Source of the DNA: Candidatus Australimonas brisbanensis
GTDB taxonomy: Bacteria; Chloroflexota; Dehalococcoidia; Lucifugimonadales; Australimonadaceae
Direction: 5' to 3'
Length of the DNA stretch: 64,000 bases
Assembly (NCBI GenBank): GCA_038147155.1
Contig: JAYQTA010000003.1
Location: 90,838 to 154,837 of the forward strand
The translations under genes were made by a program, and so were the position numbers. The notes below the pieces were generated by a model. The model worked only from the letters and a program-made list of their open reading frames with translations. It made no database searches and was not told where the DNA came from. Shown here piece by piece: positions 49,777 to 59,779 of the stretch (within the stretch, counting starts at the first letter, position 1; each line of letters starts with the position of its first letter).

Positions 49777-51087
49777 CTAGTCTGCGCCGGTTTCCATCTC
49801 CTCTTCAAGGACAGCGCGTGCGTATCTCGTCAGTTCGGCCTCGCGTTCGGTGCTGACGTTGCGCGCGGCGAGGTAGCGCCCCAGCGCCTCCAGCGGCCCC
49901 ATGCCCGAGGCCTCGCCAGAGGAGAGGCGTGCCCGTGAGCCGCGCTCCACGGCCCGCTCCACCCCCGCCACGTGGAAGCACGCGCCCGCCAGCGCCCGGC
50001 GCACATCGGCCTCCCGGAAGCCGGGCTCGGCCTCCGCCTCCATCTCCACCCGCATGCGCACGATGGCCCGCGCCAGCTCATCAGCATCCTCGCGCTCGAT
50101 GGCCGCCAGCGCGGCGGCCGTGGGCTCGGCGCCGGAGGCCACGCGCACGGCGAGGGTGCGCATGGGCCGCGCGTCCACGGGCACCAGATGCCACTCGCTC
50201 ACCCGCTCGCCCTGCGGGCGGGCCGGGTCCAGCTCGACGATGACGAACCCCTTGTCCTCAGACTCCTCGGAGAAGTCCACCCGCTCGATGGAGCCGGGGT
50301 AGACCACGGGGGGACGTTGGGCCAGCACCTGGTGCTTGTGGATGTTGCCCAGGGCCACGTAGTCGAAGGCCGGTATCGCCACGGTGCCCAGGCCCAGCAC
50401 GTGGTCGTTGCCCAGCATCATGGAGCGCTCCGACGCGGCCGTAGCCCCGGCGATGTTCACGTGGGCGCACAGGGCTGCGGGGAGCGCCGGGTCCAGGCGT
50501 GCCACCTCCTCGGCCAGGAAGTGGGCGAGGCGCTCCTCCACCTGCTGGCGCACCTGCTCCAGCGTGAGCCCGCGCGTCTCCTCCCGCGCCATGAAGGAGC
50601 CGATGCGCACCCACGGCACGCTGACCACCTGGAGCGGCCCGGAGCGCGTGGAGATGACGTGGGTTTCGACGCTGGCCCCCACGGTGACGTTGGCCACGTC
50701 CAGGGTGGGGAAGATCTCCAGCGCCGTGGCGCGCCCAGCAACGTGGGGCAGGTCGTGGTTGCCGACGGTCAGATGGACGGGCACCCCCGCCGCCGAGAGG
50801 CGTGCGATGCGCCGGGCGAACTCGCGCTGGTGGGTCTGGGACGGGTCGCGCGAGCGGTAGGCGTCGCCCGCGAACAGCACCGCGTCCACCCCGTTGTCCA
50901 GGGCGTAGGCCACGGCCTCGTCCAGCGCGCACAGGAAGTCCAGCAGGCGTGTGGGCATGCCCAGGTAGGCCGAGCGCTCCGCCCCCGGCGCGAAGTGCGC
51001 GGGCAACGCTTCGATGTCGGCCTCCGTCGCCGGGTGGCCGTAGCGCTCCACGCCGATGTGCACGTCCGCCAGGTGCAGCACTCGCAT
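49777..51087 (-). CDS. sbcD: Mre11/SbcD-type DNA repair exonuclease
   Basis: LHLADVHIG, AGDAY and GNHD phosphoesterase motifs. Confidence 0.85.
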   Translation of the reverse strand: MRVLHLADVHIGVERYGHPATEADIEALPAHFAPGAERSAYLGMPTRLLDFLCALDEAVAYALDNGVDAVLFAGDAYRSRDPSQTHQREFARRIARLSAAGVPVHLTVGNHDLPHVAGRATALEIFPTLDVANVTVGASVETHVISTRSGPLQVVSVPWVRIGSFMAREETRGLTLEQVRQQVEERLAHFLAEEVARLDPALPAALCAHVNIAGATAASERSMMLGNDHVLGLGTVAIPAFDYVALGNIHKHQVLAQRPPVVYPGSIERVDFSEESEDKGFVIVELDPARPQGERVSEWHLVPVDARPMRTLAVRVASGAEPTAAALAAIEREDADELARAIVRMRVEMEAEAEPGFREADVRRALAGACFHVAGVERAVERGSRARLSSGEASGMGPLEALGRYLAARNVSTEREAELTRYARAVLEEEMETGAD

Positions 51088-51113
51088 GGGGCTAGGCTAG
51101 CACGCGGGGGGCC

Positions 51114-51371
51114 CTAGGCAGCAGGCCCGCTGTCTGCGTCCGGCCCGTGCCCCGCGTCCCGGTGGGGCAGACGCCAGGCCGCCAGCACTGCGGCGGCGGC
51201 GGAGAGTCCCGAGCCGGTGAGGGTGGCTACGCCCATGCCGGAGATGAAGGCTGACTGGGCGGCCGCCGCCAGCGCCGCGCCCGCGGGGGCGGGGAGCGAA
51301 GCAGCGATGTGCATCGCCGCGCCCACGGAGTCGGTGACCACTGCGGGCAGGCCCGCCGCCGCATCGGCCAT
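51114..51371 (-). pseudogene. possible C-terminal remnant of an MFS (DHA2-type) transporter gene
   Basis: The 85-aa ORF resembles the last two helices and tail of drug-efflux MFS proteins (…AQSAFISGMGVATLTGSGLSAAAAVLAAWRLP). No upstream body of the gene exists. Confidence 0.3.
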
Positions 51372-51416
51372 CTGCGCCCCGCAGGCGCTCCGGTGTACGT
51401 CGGCATGCTCCTCCCG

Positions 51417-52739
<1,323 letters not shown>

Positions 52740-52821
52740 GTCCACCTGCTCCAGGTGGCGGGCGGGAGTGGTCACGGGGGGCCTCCGTCGCATGAGGGTC
52801 GGGCGCGTGCGCCGCACGCGC

Positions 52822-52827
52822 AGTATA
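52822..52827 (-). promoter_or_regulatory. candidate -10 box (TATACT) upstream of glyQS
   Basis: The reverse strand reads TATACT about 83 nt upstream of ATG 52739, just outside the repeat end. Confidence 0.25.
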
Positions 52828-52855
52828 GAGGAAGAGGCTGGTGCAGGCGCATGGG

Positions 52856-53172
52856 TTCCCCGCTCGCTACGCGCTCGCTCGAACGGAGGGGGACACCCCC
52901 TCGGCCCGCGCTGACGCGCTGGGCCTACCCCCGGCGGGCAGAGGTGCCCTCTCCCACTGCACCCCTCTAGCCCGGACAATCGCTGGCCTTCGGCGCTCTT
53001 GGGGCTGCGCCCCACTACAGCTTCCGAACTATGCGGGCTGCTCTGTGCAAGCGCAGCGAGCGGGGCTGCAGGCCCCACGTTGAGCGCCCGGCAGGGCGCG
53101 TAGACGGGGGTTCGGCGCGCAGCGCCCAGGGGGTATCCCCCTTGAGACGAGCGACCGAAGGGAGCGGGGAGT
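52856..53172. repeat. full-length copy of the MITE/REP-like repeat (inverted relative to 45346)
   Basis: The reverse complement of 53060..53115 matches 45411..45470 almost base for base. Ends TTCCCCGCTCGCT...GGAGGGGGACACCCCC and GGGGGTATCCCCCTTGAGACGAGCG...GAGCGGGGAG. Confidence 0.85.
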
Positions 53173-53188
53173 ATTATGACCCCGTACC

Positions 53189-54466
53189 TTGAGCGCCCCC
53201 ACCCTCAACCCCATCGCCCGCGCCATCGCGCGCGGGTCCTTCTACTACGGCTGGGCCGTTTCTGCCTCCGTCTCGCTGACGGTGCTGGCGGCCATGACCT
53301 ACGCTGTTTCCACCTTCTCCGCCTTCGTTGAGCCCCTCTCCCGTGAGCACGGCTGGTCGCGCACGGCCATCAGCGCCGCCATCTCCTTCGGCACCGTGGG
53401 CGCGGCGGCGGCGGGCCCGCTCTTCGGACGGCTGACGGACCGCTACGGGGCGCGCTGGCTCTTCACACTGGGCACGGTGTTCATGGGTCTGGGCCTGCTG
53501 GGCATGGCCAACATGGGCAGCCTGTTCGCCTTCTACGTCTTCTACGCCATGGGCCGCACGATGATGATGAACTTCGAGCACCTGGTGGGCCCCACTGTGG
53601 TGGCCAACTGGTTCATCGCACGCCGCGCCACGGCCACCGCGCTGATGCTGGCGGCATCGCGGGTGGGGCTGGGCCTCTGGCCCGCGCTGGCGGGGGTGCT
53701 CATCGCCGTCTCCGGCTGGAAACTCGCGGCCACCGTGATGGGCATCGCGGTGCTGGCGACGGCGGTGGTGCCGCTGCTGGTGGTGGTGGCCCGGCGGCCC
53801 GAGGACGTGGGCATGGAGCCCGACGGACGCAGACCCGCCGAGGGGACGCCGGCAGAACCGGAGTGGACGGCGCGCCAGGCATTGGGCACCCAGGCGTTCT
53901 GGGCGCTGATGATGGCCTCGGCGCTGGGCCTGTTCGCAGGGGGCGGCATGGGGCTGCACCGCATCCCCTTCTTCACCGAGCGGGGCCTGAGCCCGGTGTG
54001 GGTGGGGCCGATTCTCATGGGGTTCGGCGCGGGCATGGCGGTGGGCGGGTTCGTGGCAGCGCGCATGCACCGGCGCATGGGCGCGCGCGCCGTCACGGGG
54101 GCGTTCATGGTGTATGGTGCCGCCGTCATGGCCGTTGCCCTCATCACGCCCCCCAACGGGTGGTCTGTGGTGTACGGGCTGGCCGACGGAGCGGTGTTCG
54201 GCGGCATGTTCACGTTGCAGCCGGTGATCTACGCGGGCTTCTACGGGCGGCGCTCGGTGGGCACCATCCGCGGCCTAGCGCACCCGGCGCTGATGCTGGG
54301 CAACGCTGCGGGTGCGCTCTTCGGCGGCGTGCTGTATGACTTCACCGGCGGTTCCTACACCCTGGTGTTCCTCACCTTCAGCGTCCTGCTCCTGGCGGCG
54401 GCGGGGCTGGTGGCCCTGGCTCGCCACCCTGGCGCATCGCCCGCCACGGACGCCGCCCATGCCTAG
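53189..54466 (+). CDS. MFS transporter (OFA-like)
   Basis: [15 protein letters not shown]-terminus, 12 helices. TTG start is uncertain. Confidence 0.8.
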   Translation: MSAPTLNPIARAIARGSFYYGWAVSASVSLTVLAAMTYAVSTFSAFVEPLSREHGWSRTAISAAISFGTVGAAAAGPLFGRLTDRYGARWLFTLGTVFMGLGLLGMANMGSLFAFYVFYAMGRTMMMNFEHLVGPTVVANWFIARRATATALMLAASRVGLGLWPALAGVLIAVSGWKLAATVMGIAVLATAVVPLLVVVARRPEDVGMEPDGRRPAEGTPAEPEWTARQALGTQAFWALMMASALGLFAGGGMGLHRIPFFTERGLSPVWVGPILMGFGAGMAVGGFVAARMHRRMGARAVTGAFMVYGAAVMAVALITPPNGWSVVYGLADGAVFGGMFTLQPVIYAGFYGRRSVGTIRGLAHPALMLGNAAGALFGGVLYDFTGGSYTLVFLTFSVLLLAAAGLVALARHPGASPATDAAHA

Positions 54467-55724
54467 CCCGGCCGCAGCACTGCGGGCGGTGCGTGAGCGC
54501 CCACTGGTGCGCCAGCTCATCCTGCTCTACACCGCCACGGTGCTGGTGGGGGCGGGGCAGGGGACGCTGGTGCCCACGATCCCGGCGCTGGACGATGCCT
54601 TTGGGGTCTCGGCGGGCGCGGCGGCGCAGGTCATCACCGCCTACGGCATCGGCCGCTTCGGCGGCATGGTGGTGGGCGGGATGGTGGTGGACCGGTTCGG
54701 CCCACGCCTGGCGGTGACCGTCGGCCCCGTGGTGCTGGCGCTCTCCGCCCTGGGTGCGCTGCTCACCCCCTGGTTCGTCGTGCTACTGGGCATCGTGTTC
54801 GTCCTGGGCGTGGGCGATGCCTTCTGGCAGATGGGGCGAGAGATCACGGGCGTGGAGCTGGTGCGCTCCGACCAGCGCGGCCGGTTGCTATCGGGCTTCA
54901 TGGGTTTCCACGCCGTGGGCCAGTCCACGGGCGCGGTGGTGGGTGGGCTCATCACCGACGGATTCGGCTATCGGGGCGTGTTCGTCTTCTACCTGGCGGT
55001 GGCGCTGGTGGTGCTGGTGCTGGGGCGGATGATGACCACCCCACCGCACCACCGCCACGAGGCCCCCGCGCGCACGGGCCCCGCTCGGCGAGGCCCCCTG
55101 GGATGGGTGAGCGGGCTGCGCGAGATATTCCTCGCCATCGACCCGGCCCTGCGCCTCTCCTACGCCATCTTCGTCTTCGCCACCCTGTCCATGATGACCT
55201 ACCGGATGGTCTACCAGGCCATCATGCCGGTGTACGCCGCTGATGAACTGGGCATGTCCTCCACCCAGGTGGGGCTGGTCTTCTCCATCATCGGCGTGTT
55301 CTCTCTGCTGATGATCGTCCCCTCCGGCCTGCTCTCGGACAAGAAGGGGCGCAAGTGGGCCACCGTGCCCTCAACGCTGATCCCGGGCGTGGCCTTCATG
55401 CTGCTGCCGTTGAGCAGCGTGCCGCTGCACATGGTGTTCATCGGCGCGGGCATCGGCATCGCCAACGGCCTCTCGCTGGGCTCCATCGCCACCTCCACCT
55501 ACGACGTCTCGCCGCCCCACGTGCGCGGCCGGTTGCAGGCGGTGCGGCGCACCGTGGCCGAGGTGGGCGGCATCGGCGGGCCCATGCTGGGCGGGTACCT
55601 GACCAACGTCCACGGGCCGGGCATGGCGTTCTGGGCCACGGGGCCATTGGCGCTGGTGGCAGCGGTGCTCCTGTTCTTCGTGGCCAAGGAAACGCTGACG
55701 CGCCAGCGGCGGGAGGTGGGCTAG
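54459..55724 (+). CDS. MFS transporter (different subfamily)
   Basis: Start trimmed to ATG 54459 ([11 protein letters not shown]...), overlapping the upstream stop by 8 nt. 12 helices. Confidence 0.78.
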   Translation: MPSPAAALRAVRERPLVRQLILLYTATVLVGAGQGTLVPTIPALDDAFGVSAGAAAQVITAYGIGRFGGMVVGGMVVDRFGPRLAVTVGPVVLALSALGALLTPWFVVLLGIVFVLGVGDAFWQMGREITGVELVRSDQRGRLLSGFMGFHAVGQSTGAVVGGLITDGFGYRGVFVFYLAVALVVLVLGRMMTTPPHHRHEAPARTGPARRGPLGWVSGLREIFLAIDPALRLSYAIFVFATLSMMTYRMVYQAIMPVYAADELGMSSTQVGLVFSIIGVFSLLMIVPSGLLSDKKGRKWATVPSTLIPGVAFMLLPLSSVPLHMVFIGAGIGIANGLSLGSIATSTYDVSPPHVRGRLQAVRRTVAEVGGIGGPMLGGYLTNVHGPGMAFWATGPLALVAAVLLFFVAKETLTRQRREVG

Positions 55725-55726
55725 CC

Positions 55727-57004
55727 GTGTGGCTGGTGCGGCGCACCCCCTTCTACTACGGGTGGGTGGTGGCGGGGGCCGCCTCAGCCACCATGATGCT
55801 CACGGGCACCTTCGCAGCGCCCATCTTCGGCGTGTTCATCGAGCCGTGGACGGCGGAGTTTGGCTGGTCTCGCACGGCCATCTCCGGCGGCTTCTCCTTC
55901 GCCACCGTGGTGGCGGCCCTGGTGGGCCCGCTGGCCGGGCGGGGGCTCGACCGCTACGGCGGGCGCCTGTTCCTGGGGGGCGGCGCGCTGGTGATGGCGG
56001 GATCACTCCTGGTGCTCTCGCGGGTGAGCAGCCTGCTGGCGCTCTACCTGGTCTTCTCCGTGGGCCGTTCGGCCATGATGACCATCCAGAACCTGGCCGC
56101 CCACACCTTGGTGGCCAACTGGTTCGTGCGCCGCCGCGCCTTCGCCTCTGCCCTGGCGCTCAACGGCTCGCGGGTGGGGCTGGCCGTCTGGCCGCTGGTG
56201 GCCGCAGGGGTCAGCGCCGCCGCGGGCTGGCGCACGGCCATGGTGGTGATGGGCGTGAGCATCGGCATCCTGTCTTTGATACCGCTGGTGCTGGTGGTGG
56301 CTCGGCGGCCGGAGCAGGTGGGCCTGCTGCCCGACGGCGCCTCCGCAACGCCCGCGGCGGGTGGTGTGCTCCGGCACGCCCCGGAGCAGCGCCAGTGGAC
56401 CCCCCGTGAGGCGCTGCGCACCCGCGCCTTCTGGCTGCTCATGTCGGCTCACATGGCGGCCATGGTGGCGGGGGGCGGCATGGGCGTGCATCGCATCCCC
56501 TACTTCGTCGCCAAGGGGCTCGATGAAGCGCTGGTGGGGCTGTTCATCGTCGCCTTCGCCGTGGGCATGGGCATCGGCGGCTTCTTCGCCGCAGCCGCGG
56601 TGCGGTGGGTGCCCGTGCGCCGCGTCATCGGCCTCTCCCTGGCGGGCGCGGCGGGCAGCACGGCGCTCATCCTGCTGGTGCCGGGCAACGCCCTGGCGGT
56701 GGGCTACGGCTTCCTGGACGGGCTGTTCGCGGGGGGCATGTTCGCCCTGCTGCCGGTGGTGTACGCCGACTACTACGGGCGCAACGCCATCGGCACCATC
56801 CGGGGCATCACCCACCCCGCCGTGGTCACGGCCAACGCTGCCGGGCCCCTGGTGGCCGGGGTGGTGTTCGATGTGCTGGGCGGCTACACCTTCGCCTTCT
56901 TCGCCTTCGGCATCGTCCTGGTGGCGGGGGCGAGCGCCTCGTGGCTGGCCGCTCCGCCCGCCGTTGACAGCGCTCCGGTCTCCCCACAGACTGACGCCAC
57001 CTAG
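55727..57004 (+). CDS. MFS transporter (OFA-like)
   Basis: GTG 55727 (VWLVRRTPFYYGWVVAG...) lies 2 nt after the upstream stop. Paralog of 53189. Confidence 0.8.
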   Translation: MWLVRRTPFYYGWVVAGAASATMMLTGTFAAPIFGVFIEPWTAEFGWSRTAISGGFSFATVVAALVGPLAGRGLDRYGGRLFLGGGALVMAGSLLVLSRVSSLLALYLVFSVGRSAMMTIQNLAAHTLVANWFVRRRAFASALALNGSRVGLAVWPLVAAGVSAAAGWRTAMVVMGVSIGILSLIPLVLVVARRPEQVGLLPDGASATPAAGGVLRHAPEQRQWTPREALRTRAFWLLMSAHMAAMVAGGGMGVHRIPYFVAKGLDEALVGLFIVAFAVGMGIGGFFAAAAVRWVPVRRVIGLSLAGAAGSTALILLVPGNALAVGYGFLDGLFAGGMFALLPVVYADYYGRNAIGTIRGITHPAVVTANAAGPLVAGVVFDVLGGYTFAFFAFGIVLVAGASASWLAAPPAVDSAPVSPQTDAT

Positions 57005-57023
57005 CGCACGCGAGGAGGCGGTC

Positions 57024-57857
57024 ATGGCAACCGACGGCGGCTACGCACATCCCGAGCACCTGGTGGACCCTGCCTGGCTCCAGGCGCACCTGAACGATGG
57101 GGACCTGGTCATCGTGGAGGTGGGCGCCCAGCCCGACCCCTTCGCCGCCGGGCACATCCCCGGCGCCATCCCGTGCGCTGACTGGCACATCAAGGACAGG
57201 GCCAACCCCGCGCTGGTGGCCCCGCCCGCCGAGGCTGCCGCCATGCTGGAGGCGCTGGGCATCGGCGACGGCACGCGCGTGGTCGCCTACGACCGCACCC
57301 GCAACCGCGACGCCTCCCGCCTGTGGTGGGTGCTGCGCTACTACGGCCACACCAACGTGCAGGTGCTGGACGGCGGGTGGAAGCACTGGGGCATCGTCGG
57401 CGGGCCGGTGGAGCAGGGGGCGGGCAGCGCCCCCCGCGCCGGGGCGCGCTTCACCCCCCGCGTGGACGCCGCGCACCTGTGCACCGTGGACAGCCTGAAG
57501 GCGGCCATCGGCGATGGGCGCTCCGTCATCTGGGACGCGCGCGGGGAGGACGAGTACACCGGCGCCAACGACCGGGGCAACAAGCGCAAAGGCCACGTGC
57601 CGGGGGCGCGCCACCTGGAGTGGACGAACCTGGTGAACGAGGCCGACCACACCTTCAAGCCCGCCGCCGAGCTGCGAGCGCTGGTGGCCAGCATCGGCAT
57701 CAGCCCCGAGACACCCGTCCACGTCTACTGACAGGGGGGTGTCCGTGCGGCGCACGGCACACTGGCCCTCAGCCTCCTGGGCTACGAGAAGGCGTACATG
57801 TACGACGGGTCCATGGGTGAGTGGGCCAATCGGGACGACACTCCCCTGGAGATGTAG
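57024..57857 (+). CDS. two-domain rhodanese sulfurtransferase with in-frame UGA (candidate selenocysteine) replacing the catalytic Cys
   Basis: ATG 57024 after GAGGAGG. The track ORF stops at TGA 57729..57731 (…TPVHVY*). The same frame continues QGGVRAAHGTLALSLLGYEKAYMYDGSMGEWANRDDTPLEM to TAG 57855..57857, completing the C-x-G-x-R active-site loop and the YDGSxxEW motif. Confidence 0.75.
57739..57762 (+). promoter_or_regulatory. SECIS-like hairpin downstream of UGA 57729..57731
   Basis: GUGU-CCGUGC-GGC-GCACGG-(C)-ACAC: 6-bp and 4-bp stems with one bulged C. The G-rich apical loop starts at 57749, 17 nt after the last base of the UGA. Confidence 0.4.
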
Positions 57858-57878
57858 CGGCCTCGCCGGCGGATGAGC

Positions 57879-57958
57879 CTAGAGGGGTGCAGGGGAGAGG
57901 GGACCTCTCCCTGCCGGGGGTAGACGCGAAGCGTCACAGGGGGTGTCCCCCTGCCGTC
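57879..57958. repeat. right-end module of the repeat family (copy a)
   Basis: CTAGAGGGGTGCAGGGGAGAGGGGACCTCTCCCTGCCGGGGGTAGACGCG..GGGGGTGTCCCCCTGCCGTC. Confidence 0.75.
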
Positions 57959-57982
57959 GAACCCGCGAAGAGGGTGGAGAAC

Positions 57983-58016
57983 GCAGAGGCCCCGCGAGTC
58001 ATCGCGGGGCCTCTGC
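57983..58016. terminator. bidirectional terminator-like hairpin between convergent genes
   Basis: Perfect 15-bp stem GCAGAGGCCCCGCGA / TCGCGGGGCCTCTGC with a 4-nt loop. Only a weak T tract (TTCG) follows on the + strand. Confidence 0.5.
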
Positions 58017-58077
58017 TTCGAGAGGGCGGGCCTGGGGAGTGGACGGGGCCAGAGGGGAAGGGGCTCCGTCCGTCAGT

Positions 58078-58159
58078 CCCGAGGGGGATGCAAGGGGGAA
58101 TGGAAGTCCCCCTGCCGGGGGTAGTGCCTCCCGCGCGCGGGGGGTGTCCCCCTGCCGTC
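58078..58159. repeat. right-end module of the repeat family (copy b, direct repeat of 57879)
   Basis: …GGGGGAATGGAAGTCCCCCTGCCGGGGGTAGTGCC..GGGGGGTGTCCCCCTGCCGTC. The 3' half is the same as in copy a, and the stem sequence differs in a compensatory way. Confidence 0.7.
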
Positions 58160-58175
58160 AGAGCAGTCCCGCGTC

Positions 58176-59015
58176 CTAGTTGATGTCGAACACCGCCTGG
58201 ATCGTCACGCTCACGGTCAACTCGTCCGCCGAGATGATGGTGGGCGTCGCCTCGCCGATGGCCGCGTCGGCCGCCGCGAAGGCCCGCTCGTCCAGCGTCT
58301 TGGGGTAGGCGGAGTAGGAGGACTCAGCCACGTATGCCAGCTGCCCGCGCTGCACGCCCAGGCCCTGGGCGTAGGTGTCCGCCCTTCCCAGCACGTCGGC
58401 CAGCGCCAGCTCACGCGCCTGCTGCTCGGCGGCAGCGCCGTCCTCAAGGCTGAAGGAGATGCCGTTCACGCGGGCGTTGTCGCCACCGGCCAGGGCCGCG
58501 GCGTCAACCACGCTGCCCACCTCGTCCAGGTCGCGCACCTTGGCCGTCACCTGGTTGCTCACGCGGTAGCCCACCAGCACCGACTCGCCACCGAAGGTGG
58601 AGGAGCGGTACTCGTACTGAGGCTGGACGGAGAAGTACCGCGTGGCGATGTCCCTGTCCGCCACGCCCGCCGCGTGCAGCGCCGCGACCACCGCGCTCAT
58701 GGCGCGGGCGGCTTCCTCGCGCGCCTCGGCCACCGACTTGGCCGTCGCCTCGACGCCCAGGCTCACCACCGCCAGATCCGGCTGGGCCTTGACCACGCCG
58801 GTGCCCGTCACGTGGATGCCCGTGCCCGAGTAGGACGTCTGCGTAGTGATGCCGATGCCCTTGCCCAGCGCCTCCAGCTGCGCCGTGGACAGGTCTCCCA
58901 GCGCCGAGCCCCGCACCGTCGCGTCCGGGGAGCATGCCGCTCCCATCAGGCCCAGCGCCGCGAGCGCACCCACCAGCGCGAGCCTCCCACCACCCATCCG
59001 CCACATCCTGCCCAT
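58176..59015 (-). CDS. SIMPL-domain (DUF541, YggE-like) secreted/lipoprotein
   Basis: Signal peptide ending LMGAAC. GTGVVKAQPDLAVVSLGVE...YFSVQPQY matches the SIMPL architecture. Confidence 0.78.
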   Translation of the reverse strand: MGRMWRMGGGRLALVGALAALGLMGAACSPDATVRGSALGDLSTAQLEALGKGIGITTQTSYSGTGIHVTGTGVVKAQPDLAVVSLGVEATAKSVAEAREEAARAMSAVVAALHAAGVADRDIATRYFSVQPQYEYRSSTFGGESVLVGYRVSNQVTAKVRDLDEVGSVVDAAALAGGDNARVNGISFSLEDGAAAEQQARELALADVLGRADTYAQGLGVQRGQLAYVAESSYSAYPKTLDERAFAAADAAIGEATPTIISADELTVSVTIQAVFDIN

Positions 59016-59095
59016 GTCACGCCTCCTGCATTCGATGCCGGGGTCATCGCCCCGTTCAACAGGTTAGACGCGAGAAGCCGGGATGAAGTTCCCGG

Positions 59096-59779
59096 CTAGC
59101 GCAGGCGGCGGCCGACGGCGGTGAGCGCCACCGTGCCCAGGGCCAGCAGCGCCGTGGCGAGGCCTGCGGCTATCTGCGCCCATTCCAACGCGCCGCGGCC
59201 CGTGGGCTCCGGCGCGGGCTCGGCGATAGGCGCGGTCACGTCCTCGGCCAGCGCGCCGTCACCCGCCTCCGGCGCCAGCGCCGTCATGCCCAGCGCGCCA
59301 TCGTCCGGCGCGGGCGTCGGCTCCGGGGCCAGCGCCATCTCCGTCTGGCCGTCGGCGCCAGCGTCCGCCGCCGTCTTGAACGACTCGCTCACCGGGGCCG
59401 TCGCCTCCAGCGCAACCGTGGGGGATGAGCCCACCCCGGTGATGTCCGCGCCGATCAGCGCCACCAGCGCCAGCGATGCAGCCACCGTGGCCGCCTGGGC
59501 CCAGCGCAGCAGGCCGCCGCCCGCCGGTGCAGGGCGCACCGGCGCGGGTTCGAGGGCGTGGCGCAGGGCGAAGGAGCGGGGCGCGCGGGCAGGGGGCTGC
59601 GCGCGCAGCAGGCGCACGGACGCTTCCAGTTCACGCACCTGCGCGGCGCGGGCCGGGTCCGCCGTAAGCAGCGCGTCCAGCCGCTCGCGGCCAGCGGCAT
59701 CCAGCGCACCGTCCAGGTGCTCCGTCACCAACGCCTCGTAGGCGCGCCGCTCCCTGTTGAACAGTCCCAGCATCCTCAC
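59096..59779 (-). CDS. anti-sigma factor (single-pass membrane)
   Basis: 4-nt overlap with the ECF sigma gene. N-terminal helical anti-sigma-like domain, Pro/Ala linker, one C-terminal helix. No HxxxCxxC zinc motif. Confidence 0.6.
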   Translation of the reverse strand: MRMLGLFNRERRAYEALVTEHLDGALDAAGRERLDALLTADPARAAQVRELEASVRLLRAQPPARAPRSFALRHALEPAPVRPAPAGGGLLRWAQAATVAASLALVALIGADITGVGSSPTVALEATAPVSESFKTAADAGADGQTEMALAPEPTPAPDDGALGMTALAPEAGDGALAEDVTAPIAEPAPEPTGRGALEWAQIAAGLATALLALGTVALTAVGRRLR

